From Sphyrna mokarran (lineage: Eukaryota): a stretch of DNA of 64,000 nucleotides. Under the pieces are notes generated by a model. The model searched no databases. It worked only from the letters and a program-made list of their open reading frames with translations, and was not told where the DNA came from. Shown in pieces: positions 1 to 11,500 of this stretch. The stretch spans positions 16,492,001-16,556,000 of the forward strand of contig JAGIQG010000019.1 in the NCBI GenBank assembly GCA_024679065.1. Direction: 5' to 3'. The translations under genes and the position numbers were made by a program. Within the stretch, counting starts at the first letter, position 1. Each line of letters opens with the position of its first letter.

Positions 1-405
1 CTGAAAACAAAACAAGTGGATGTGTTTCATCATGTAAATAGGCAGGGCTTAAACATGCTGGTAAAGTCTGGCTGCACTGAGATCAGAGTGACATGTTTAA
101 AGGATGTCCTAATCAGAGGAGAAAGTAACCTCCCCGTCTTCTTTATCTAGGTCTCCACTTCCTCTTCACCCTCCCATTCCTCTACCACAAACAGTGACAA
201 CATTCCTTCCCAGTATCATCATATTGGACCACAATCTTCAGAAAGAATCATCCACCCAAGTGGCTGCCACTGTCGTCCACAGCTCTCACACATTCCCCTC
301 CCTCACCCCCACCACCACAAATAAATGAATCCCACCCATATCTTCCATAAGGCTCTTACTAAGATCCAGCATTGTTCTTAGTTTGTCATGGTTTGGCTTT
401 GGCAT

Positions 406-2223
406 TCAAAGAATATCAAAGAACAAAACAGCACGGGAAACAGGCCCTTCGGCCCAATGAGCACGCGCCGCCACCCCGATGTTTCCATCCCTACCCGCGA
501 TCCCTGTCCATGTTTATAGATCAGTGGATTTAAAACCAAATTTGAGACAATTTAGGGAGAATTTGTTTTGCCAATTAGCCTAAGAGCACATCTTTGGGAT
601 GTGGGAGGAAACCGGAGCACCCGGAGAAAACCCACGCAAGCACGGGGAGAATGCGCAAACTCCCACAGACACAGGCCCAAATCCATGTATCTGCACAGCA
701 CAGCGATAGTCACTGAGCTGTCGTGTTGCCCATCAGAAGGTCCAGGTCAAGCGTACACTAACGACGTGAAGCACTAGGATACTCTCGAAAAAGATCCAAG
801 AGCAGTCCTCTCACGACCCATCGCGTGTATGCCCCTCGTTAGACAACAAGGTGGACCAAAGCATCTGTAGGATAAAAACAAGTACATCAATATCATCATC
901 TATTTACACACTTCCCAGGGACTCCCAAGGCTCATGATCCCTATTTTAAATCAATTTTCTATACCCCTCCATTCCCATTCTGTTCATGTGCCCATCTAAG
1001 TATTTCTTAAATAACTCCAGAGTACCTGCCTCCACCACTTTACTTGGCAGCGCATTCCATACCCCCACCACCCTCTGTGTGAAAAACTCCCTCTAGCATC
1101 CAAATTATACCTTACCCCCCTCACCCTAAGCCCGTGACCCCTCGTGCTATTTGAGTCCATCCTAGGAAAAAGCTTAACCCTGTTTACTCTATCAATCCCC
1201 TTCAAAATCTTGTACACCTCCATCAGATCTCCTCCAAGTCTACGTCTTTCTAAGGAAAACAGTCCCAATTTGCCTAATCTCTCCTCATAACTCAGACCTT
1301 CCATACCAGGCAGCATCCTGATAAACCTCCTCTGCACTCTCTCCAGAGTCTCCACGTCCTTCCGGGTAGTAAGGCGACCAGAACTGGACGCAGTATTCCA
1401 AATGAGGTCTAACCAATGTTTTATACAACTGCAACATTAAATGCCAGCTCTTGTACTCTATACCCCTTCCTATAAAGGTTAACATACTATATGCTTTCTT
1501 CACAACCTTCTCCACTTGCTCTGCCACCTTCAGAGACTTGTTCACCTGCACCCCCAGGTCCCTCTGCGTTTCTATACTCTTAATAGGTCTACCCTTTATC
1601 ATATACCTCCCCCTACATTCTTTCTCCTGAAATGCATCACCTCACATTTATCAGGATTGAATTCCGTCTGCCATCTGTCTGCCCAAGCTACCAGCCTATC
1701 TATGTCCTGCTGCATCGCCTGACAATGCTCCTCACTATCCGCAAGTCCAGCCATCTTTGTATCGTCTGCAAACTTGTTGATCACTCCACTTACTCCCTCT
1801 TCCAAGTCATTTATATATATTACAAATAGAAGAGGTCCCAGTACCAAGCCCTGCGGCACACCACTAGTGACCGACCTCCAGCTAGAGAAACACCCTTCCA
1901 CTATTACTCTCTGTCTCCTATTACCAAGCCAGTTACTTATCCATCTAGCTACCTGTCCTTGTATCCCATTTGCCTTGACCTTCTTGACTAACCTCCCATG
2001 AGGGACTTTGTCAAACGCCTTACTAAAATCCAAATAGACAACATCAATGGCTCGCCCTTCGTCCACCGATTTCGTCACCTCCTCAAAACATTCTACCAGA
2101 TTTGTAAGGCACGACCTCCCCTTAACAAATCCATGCTGCGTATCCCTAATCAGATCGCAATGCTCTAAGTGCCTATACATCCTATCTCTAAGAATCCCCT
2201 CCAACAGCTTCCCTACCACTGAC
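406..2223 (-). mobile_element. 5'-truncated CR1 LINE (RT C-terminal part, frameshifted) with a long 3' region containing a V-SINE core and a CR1-type tail
   Basis: ORFs 1599..2228, 1285..1602 and 996..1355 carry YLDFSKAFDKVPH, GVPQG, FADD and RPHLEYCVQFW. GGCAT direct repeats at 401-405 and 2224-2228. Other repeat units show the empty site. Confidence 0.93.
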
Positions 2224-2473
2224 GGCATGATGCCAATCTGGCAGTACTAACCTGTGCCAGGTCCACATCTAAGTGAATCTGTTGTAAACGTCATCGAGAT
2301 TTGAAATTATGGTGAGGGGTTAATCCATGATGGGGTGGGAGAAGTCAATGGTATGAAAATATATTCAAATGTATTGAACTGATGGGGATGAACATGATTA
2401 CATCAGCGCGGGATGGTGAAAATCAGAAATCATGATCGGTAATCTGGTTGTAAATAATTTCTCTCCTCTTCAG

Positions 2474-2536
2474 AACAAACAACTTCAACAACAGTGCCAA
2501 CCAGCACATCTCAATCTACTGTCAGTTCAACAACTG
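2474..2536 (+). CDS. Mucin PTS micro-exon A1 (63 nt)
   Basis: ttcag|AACAAACA...ACAACTG|gtgagt; phase 1-1; EQTTSTTVPTSTSQSTVSSTT. Confidence 0.85.
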
Positions 2537-5500
2537 GTGAGTGACGTTTTCTATCAATGAGTATGGAAGATTAATTCCCTATTTCAGTACTTTCAATTAT
2601 AAAGTCAATGACATTCCATTTCAAGATTGTTCTTCTAATAGTTTTTTAAATAATGTATTGTAAATTTGTCCCTAATTTTTTTTTTTGTGTACGTTTGGCA
2701 CCAAACGTTGTCGTCTTTTGAAACTTCGTAAATGGTTTTCAGGAAATTGATCCAAATCTGAGACTTTGAACATCTTTAATATTTTTCAGAGTTAACAACC
2801 ACAACAGTGTCACCAACTACAACTGGCTCAACCACTGGCTCCACAACTGGTGAGTGAGTTTTCTTTCATTATACATTACAAGTTAAATACAAGCGGTTTC
2901 ATTACATTGTCAGTTCCTTGTCTGTGAAAGTCTGTTGCCTTTCTCTTTCAGTGTATTCTTCCATTCTAGCCAGAGGGCAGTGTTTATTGGCATCAATGTT
3001 GACCAAAGTTTTTGGTTTCATTTCAAAAGCCAGCAGAAAGCACAATCTTGATTCAATAAGTCACCCTGAAATCAACCTCTCCTCTCTTAGAAAGGAACTT
3101 CTACTGGTGACTAGATGTTTAACTAAATTAAACAAAACATTAAAGCACTTGGCACCAGTGTATTCAATTAAGGGGATATTCATTATTGAATATTGATTTG
3201 TAGAACTTGACGCATGGGAAACTTCTAGAGATCAGCATGCAGATAATTATTTATTGAATAACAGTGTAATCACTATTTTGTGCAGGGTATCACTGTGTTC
3301 TAGCCTGAATCCCCTTTTAAGCTTTCAATGTATTCTATTTGTCAATACAGTTTGAGACAATAAAGGGACACTAGAATCAGTGTTCCAAATTCAGTCTTTG
3401 ATACTCTTCCGATGGAGAGCTTGTCAGCGGCTACATGGAATACACAATGTATAAAATGACTTGCTAATATCCAATTGGGCCCCTGTAGGAAAAGGCTTTA
3501 ATCTTTTCTGCACATTCTCTCATGTGTATTCCCTGCTGCCTCATGTTCTAACTCTTTCAATACTGTCCTAGTTCAAATTGTGTGAACTAATTGTGAAAGT
3601 CTTTGTTTCCCTTCAGAAACATCAACTACATCAACAGAGACAACTAGCACAGCGACTACTGCCCTTTCCATACCTGGTAAGTTTTTTTTCCATTTTGTGG
3701 AATAATTAAAGCTAAGCACACAAAAAAAAAAATGTCCTGGACAGCGAAAATCCCTCTGTCAGCTTTGCTTGGTTCTTCGTATTCTCACACTAGAAAATAG
3801 GATTATAGAATTGTAGAATCTCTGCAGTGCAGTCAGAGTCCAGTTGGGCCTGCGCCAACAATAATACCACCCTATTGCCATAACCCCACTTATTTACTCT
3901 GCTAGTCCCTCTGACACTTATGCCTGAATTTTACCATCACACCTGCCCAAATCTTATAACATTGTGCCCGAGGCCAACAAGAATGCACTTCTGCAAACTT
4001 TCCCTGCCTGATTATTGGGACGGGCATGCCATTAAAACTTTGGCATTAGAATCTAGTTAGCTTGGCCAATCCATCTAATCTGCATGTCTTTGGACTGTGA
4101 AAGGAAACCAGAGTACCACGGAAACGTAAGCAGGTGTCGGGAGAACGTACAGACTCTGCACAGAAAAGTAACCCAAGGCTGGAATTGAACCTGGGTCCCT
4201 GGCACTGAGGTAGCACTGGTAACCAGATCTTAGTGTGCTTCTAAGAAAGGAAAGCACTGGAATGATGTCTGTCTTGGACGAGATGATCTGTCAGAACTTC
4301 TGCGCACACACTGGTGAAATGACAGTCGTTGCTGTGTTTTTTCAGTGATGAATTGTGTTCCCTCTTTAGGGTGCTGATTAACGTGTTCATGCTTGAAACA
4401 AAATCTAATCTGTCAGCACCAAGGTCAATATGTGCAGTGGCACCATGCTGCTGGCCTCCCAATCACTTGTCCCTCAGAATATACAACCTATAAAATAACA
4501 TGCTATAATACCAATTGGACATCTTTGGGAAAAGCTTTAATCTTTTCTGCACACTCCCTCTCACAACTGGTCAGTGCTGGTTTATAGCTGAAAATACTGA
4601 GTTTGGGAAAATAATCTTTAGTTCATTAAAAGAAAACTTCATTCACCTGTTGTGGTACTGATAGTAGAGACACATACAGTGGTGACCTTGAGGATAGCTA
4701 CCCACTTGATACCCAATCGATGCTGACGCAAAGGGCCAAGTGGCCTCCTTCTGTACTGGACCATTTCTCTAAATATGTAAGGATAACATGTCACTTGAAG
4801 GGAAACAAACACACTCTATATTGTGGCAGCAATTTGATTGGGGATCTGGGATTGGGGAAGATTTTTGAAACCTGTAGTGAAAGATATTAATTTGTGAAAT
4901 CATTGAAATTTCTATTGAACCTGTCTCAGTTCTGTTCCAATTCAAAATACTGTGTGATGGTTGTAAATAATTTCTCTCCTCTTTAGGAGAAACAATTTCA
5001 ACAACAGTGCCCACCACCACATCAGAGTCTACAACTGGTACCACAACTGGTGAGTGAAGTTTTCTATGAATGAATGTGAAAAATATTTTCCCAGGTTCAG
5101 TATTTTCCGTTAGCATCTGAATTACTTCTATTTAAACATCATTTCTGAATGATGCACTATTATTTTGCCCTTAATTACATTCTTTGATTTTACTTGGCAA
5201 AAGCCATTCTGTCTTGTATGAGATTGCAAAATATTTTTTAGGAATTTGGTCACAATTTTGTGACTTTGAACATCTTTAATTTTTTTCAGAGTTGACAAGT
5301 ACAGCAGTGTCACCAACAACTGGCTCAACCACTGGCTCCACAACTGGTGAGTGATTCCTCTTTCATTGTACATTGCAAGGATTTAGATACAAGCAGTTTT
5401 ATTACGTCGTCAGTTCCTTGTCTGAAAGCCTGTTGCCTTTCTCTCCTGGTGTATTCTTCCATTCCCGCCAGAGGGGCAGTGTTTATTGGCATCAGTATTT

Positions 5501-8500
5501 CTTTTTGATTTATTCCAAAAGCCAGCTGAGAGCACACACTTGATTGAAATAAATCTTAAAATCTGCCTCTCCTGTCCCAGCGTACAGTACATTATAAAGA
5601 GATAACTAGATTGTAAAACTAAATCAAAGATAACATGAAACCACTCAGCAACAGTGTATTCGGTTCAGGCGATGTTCGTCTTTGAATATTGAGCTGTGCA
5701 TCTTGATAAATGGGAAACTTCTCAAGATCGAGATCGAAATAGTTTACTGAATAACAGAGTAATCACTATTTTGTGCAGGGTATCATTGTGTTTGAGTCTG
5801 AATCCCTTTAAAGCTTTCAATATACTCTATCTATCAGTACGGTTTGAGACCATAAAGGGACACTGGAATCAGTGTTCCCAATTCAATCTTTCACAGTGAT
5901 AATCTTCTGATGAAGAGCATGTCAGGGTTCAGATGGAATACACTGTATATAAAATGAGATGCTAATATCCAATTGGGGCCCCTGTAAACAAAAAAATCTT
6001 TTTTGTTCATTTTCTCACGTCTTCTGTGCTGCCTCACCTTCTAACTCTTTCAATTCTATCCTGATTCACATTGTGTGAATTGATTGTGAAAGTTTGTTTT
6101 CCTCCAGAAACAACAACAACTGCATCAACAGAGACAACCAGCACAGCCACATCTACTGCCAGTTCCACATCTGGTAAGTGTTATCTTCTTTAATGAATGC
6201 TATTTCATCTTAAAACCCTGGTAGTGAAAACTCCTCTGTCAGCTTTACTGCGTTCCTCACATTCTCGCGTCACAAGATGGTGGGATCAGATCTACCTCCA
6301 GAGCCTTGTGTTTGGAATCCAGTTTGATCTTGTAGTGTCCTTCTGAGGAAGAAAAGCATTGTATTGATGTCTTGGCTACTGGATTAAATATTCCAGCTGG
6401 ATCTTGTGTCCACATGCCAGTAAAATAAAAGTTCTTACTGTGTTATTTCAAAGATGAGTTAAGATTTCCCTTTAAGATTCTGATCCATCTCTGCCCAAAT
6501 GGATTGATACTATACCCATTTCGAACATGACTGCACAACAATAATTCCCTGGTTGTCAAGCCTTTTGATTGTATCAGGCAGCAGATGAATTGAACATGTT
6601 TAATATTTGCAAACTCTCATTTAAATTATGGAATTTGCTGTAAGTTGGTCAATTCCCTCAAAACTTTCCATTCCAGTTGGATATATTGTTGTTTTTTTTT
6701 TTTGACCGTTTTTGCTTGTTCTTCTGTAGAATCAACAACCACAGGGACAAGCAGCACAACTGAGATGACTGCCAGCTCCACAACTGGTGAGGGATTCCTT
6801 CTTTCAATAAACATTTGGCAACTCTAACACAATTTTTTTATCCCTATTTCAGTATTTCCCCGCCCATGAAACATATTATTTCTTCCTGCTTGACACAAGA
6901 CTGTTTTTGATTGTGATTATTATCTTTCAGGAAGGACAACTGCAACAGTCTCACCAACTACAACTGGCTCGACTGGTAGCTCCACAACTGGTGAGTGCTG
7001 GTTTCTTCAGTGTATAATAGACACAAATGTTATTATTCACTCATCTCATTGACAGTAAATAACTATTTGTTTATGCTTCCAGCTCAAGGAAACAGGCTTT
7101 TGCATTATCTATTGAAAAATTCTTGTTTCGATTCGTTTAAAATTTAACAATAACTTCTATTGAGCAGATTTCATCAGCTTTATTCTTCATAAAAGGAGAA
7201 ATTCTGAAATTTCAGGCAGCAAGTCAGAGCATGCTAGACATCACCATGAATTATAACTTATGCGCTAGTGATGAGCTTCAGTGAATTCCAGTTCTAATCT
7301 GGATAATCAGGAATTATCTCCCAAAGCATCAGCACATATTGAGCTGTTGAATAACTGAGAGTAAGAGCTTAGTTGTCACATCCATAGTTCAATGTGTGCC
7401 ATTGTTGAATGAAGGATAATGTTGTGTTCTGACCTAAAGTTCCATTAGAAGCTCCATATTTATGAGTATTGTAAGAGTCAAAATTATCTTGGATGTGATT
7501 GTGCTCATTAGGGGCGATTTTACCAGGATTTGGCAAAGTGTCAGGATGTGAGAGTTGATCAGTTTTGCCTCCAGATCTCATGTCTGTGAAAACAAAACAA
7601 GTGGACGTGTTTCATATCTTTATGTAACTAGGCAGGGCTTAAACATGTCAGTAAAGTCTGGCTGCACGGAGATCGGAGTGACATGTTTAAAGCATGTCCT
7701 AGTCAGACCAGAAAGTAACCTCTCTGTCTTCTTTATCCAGGTCTCTGCCTCCTCTTCACGCCCCATTCCTCAACAACAAACACTGACAGCATTCCTTCCC
7801 AGAATCCAAGCTAGCACCCGTCCTCAAACTGCAATCAGAACCCACCCTTCCCACAAACTGGCAATGCTGGCACCTCCTCTCTTTGCTCCCAAACATCACC
7901 AGTATTGGACCACAATCCTCAGAGAGAATCATCCACCCAAATGGCTACCACTGTCATCCACAGCGCTCTCACATTCCGCTCCCTCAACCCCACCACCACA
8001 AATAAATAAATCCCACCCATATCTCCCATAAGGCTCTTACTAAGATCCAGCATTGGCACTGCCATGGTTGGGCATTGGCATGATGCCAATCTGGCAGTAC
8101 TAACCTGTGCCAGGTTCACATCTAGGTGAACCTGTTGTAAACGTCATTGAGATTTGAAACTATGGTTAGAGGTTAATCCATGATGGGGTGGGAGAATTCA
8201 ATGGTATGAAAATAAATTCAAATGTATTGAACTGAGGTTCACGCTCATGATGGGAGTGAACATGATTACATCAGCGCGGGATGGCGGAAATCAGAAATCA
8301 TGATCTGTGTTCTGGTTGTAAATAATTTCTCTCCTCTTCAGAACAAACAACTTCAACAACAGTGCCAACCAGCACATCTCAATCTACCGTCAGTTCAACA
8401 ACTGGTGAGTGAAGTTTTCTATCAATGAACATGGAAGATTATTTCCCTATTTCAGTACTTTCAATTATAAAGTCAGTGGCATTCCATTTCAAGATGGTTC

Positions 8501-11500
8501 TTCTAATAGTTTTTTAAATAATGTATTGTAAATTTGTCCCTAATTTTTTTTGTGTTGATTTGGCACAAAACATTGTCGTCTTTTGAAACTTCATAAATAG
8601 TTTTCAGGAAAGTGATCCAAATTCTGTGACTTTGAACATCTTAAATATTTTTCAGAGTTAACAACCACAACAGTGCCACCAACTACAACTGGATCAACCA
8701 CTGGCTCCACAACTGGTGAGTGAGTTTTCTTTCATTATACATTACAAGCACTTAAATACATGCGTTTCATTACATTGTCAGTTCCTTGTCTGTGAAAGTC
8801 TGTTGCCTTTCTCTTTCAGTGTATTCTTCCATTCTAGCCAGAGGGCAGTGTTTATTGGCATCAATGTTGACCAAAGTTTTTGGTTTCATTTCAAAAGCCA
8901 GCAGAAAGCACAATCTTGATTCAATAAGTCACCCTGAAATCAACCTCTCCTCTCTTAGAACGTAACTTCTACTGGTGACTAGATGTTTAACTAAATTAAA
9001 CAAAACATTAAAGCACTTGGCACCAGTGTATTCAATTAAGGGGATATTCATTATTGAATATTGATTTGTAGAACCTAACGCATGGGAAACTTCTGGAGAT
9101 CAGCATGCAGATCATTATTTATTGAATAACAGTGTAATCACTATTTTGTGCAGGGTATCACTGTGTTCTAGCCTGAATCCCCTTTTAAGCTTTCAATGTA
9201 TTCTATTTGTCAATACAGTTTGAGACAATAAAGGGACACTAGAATCAGTGTTCCAAATTCAGTCTTTGATACTCTTCCGATGGAGAGCTTGTCAGTGGTT
9301 ACATGGAAACACAATGTATAAAATAACTTGCTAATATTGAATTGGGCCCTTGTAGGAAAAGGATTTAATCTTTTCTGCTCATTCCCTCATGTATTCCCTG
9401 CTGCCTCATGTTCTAACTCTTTCAATACTGTCCTAGTTCAAATCGTGTGAACTAATTGTGAAAGTCTTTGTTTCCCTTCAGAAACATCAACTACATCAAC
9501 AGAGACAACTAGCACAGTGACTACTGCCCTTTCTATACCTGGTAAGTTTTTTCCATTTTGTGGAATAATTAAAGCTAAGCATGCAAAAAAAAAATGTCCT
9601 GGACAGCGAAAACCCCTCTGTCAGCTTTGCTTGGTTCTTCGTATTCTCACACTAGAAAATAGGATTATAGAATTGTAGAATCTCTGCAGTGCAGTCAGAG
9701 TCCAGTTGGGCCTGCGCCAACAATAATACCACCCTACTGCCATAACCCCACTTATTTACTCTGCTAGTCCCTCTGACACTTATGCCTGAATTTTACCATC
9801 ACACCTGCCCAAATCTTATAACATTGTGCCCGAGGCCAACAAGAATGCACTTCTGCAAACTTTCCCTGCCTGATTATTGGGACGGGCATGCCATTAAAAC
9901 TTTGGCATTAGAATCTAGTTAGCTTGGCCAATCCATCTAATCTGCATGTCTTTGGACTGTGAAAGGAAACCAGAGTACCAAGGAAACGTAAGCAGGTGTC
10001 CGGAGAAGTACAGACTCTGCACAGAAAAGTGACCCAAGGCTGGAATTGAACCTGGGTCCCTGGCACTGAGGTAGCACTGGTAACCAGATCTTACAGTGTG
10101 CATCTAAGAAAGGAAAGCACTGGAATGATGTCTGTCTTGGATGAGATGATCTGTCGGGAACGTCTGCGCACACACTGGTGAAATGACAGTTGTTGCTGTG
10201 TTTTTTCAGTTATGAATTGTGTTCTCTCTTTAGGGTGCTGATTAATGTGTTCATGCTTGAAACAAAATCTAATCTGTCAGCACCAAGGTTAATATGTGCA
10301 GTGGCACCATGCTGCTGGCCTCCCAATCACTTGTCCCTCAGAATATACAACCTATAAAATAACATGCTATAATACCAATTGGGCATCTTTGGGAAAGGCT
10401 TTAATCTTTTCTACACACTCCCTCTCACAACTGGTCAGTGCTGGTTTATAGCTGAAAATACTGAGTTTGGGAAAATAATCTTTAGTTCATTAAAAGAAAA
10501 CTTCATTCACCTGTTGTGGTACTGATAGTAGAGACACATGCAGTGGTGACCTTGAGGATAGCTACCCACTTGATACCCAATCGATGCTGACGCAAAGGGC
10601 CAAGAGGCCTCCTTCTGTACTGGACCATTTCTCTAAATATGTAAGGATAACATGTCACTTGAATGGAAACAAACGCACTCTATTATGGCAGTAATTTGAT
10701 TGGGGATCTGGGATTGGGGAAGATTTTTGAAACCTGTAGTGAAAGATATTAATTTGTGAAATCATTGAAATTTCTATTGAACCTGTCTCAGTTCTGTTCC
10801 AATTCAAAATACTGTGTGATGGTTGTAAATAATTTCTCTCCTCTTCAGGAGAAACAATTTCAACAACAGTGCCCACCATCACATCAGAATCTACTGCTCA
10901 TTCCACAACTGGTGAGTGAGGTTTCCTATTAATGAATGTGAAAGATATTTTCCCAGGTTCAATATTTTCAGCTAGAATCTGAATTACTTCTATTTAAACA
11001 TCATTTCTGAATGATGCACTATTATTTTGCCCTTAATTACATTCTTTGATTTTACTTGGCAAAAGCCATTCTGTCTTGTATGAAATTGCAAAATATTTTT
11101 TTGGAATTTGGTCACAATTTTGTGACTTTGAACATCTTTAATTTTTTTTCAGAGTTGACAAGTACAGCAGTGTCACCAACAACTGGCTCAACCACTGGCT
11201 CCACAACTGGTGAGTGATTCCTCTTTCATTGTACATTGCAAGGATTTAGATACAAGCAGTTTTATTACGTCGTCAGTTCCTTGTCTGTGAAAGTCTGTTG
11301 CCTTCTCTCCTGGTGTATTCTTCCATTCCTGCCAGAGGCAGTATTTATTGGCATCAGTATTTCTTTTTGATTTATTCCAAAAGCCAGCTGAGAGCACACA
11401 CTTGATTGAAATAAATCTTAAAATCTGCCTCTCCTGTCCCAGCGTACAGTATATTATAAAGAGATAACTAGATTGTAAAACTAAATCAAAGATAACATGA

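Noticed and set aside
4769-5373. Minus-strand ORFs (VVVPVVDSDVVV...) and their copies in other units
   Set aside because: They are antisense read-outs of Thr/Ser exons plus intron. They are broken differently in each unit and show no domain.
7555-8031. 158-aa plus-strand ORF in the H-A intron
   Set aside because: Interrupted by a stop in the other copies, lies in MITE-like sequence, and has no recognisable domain.
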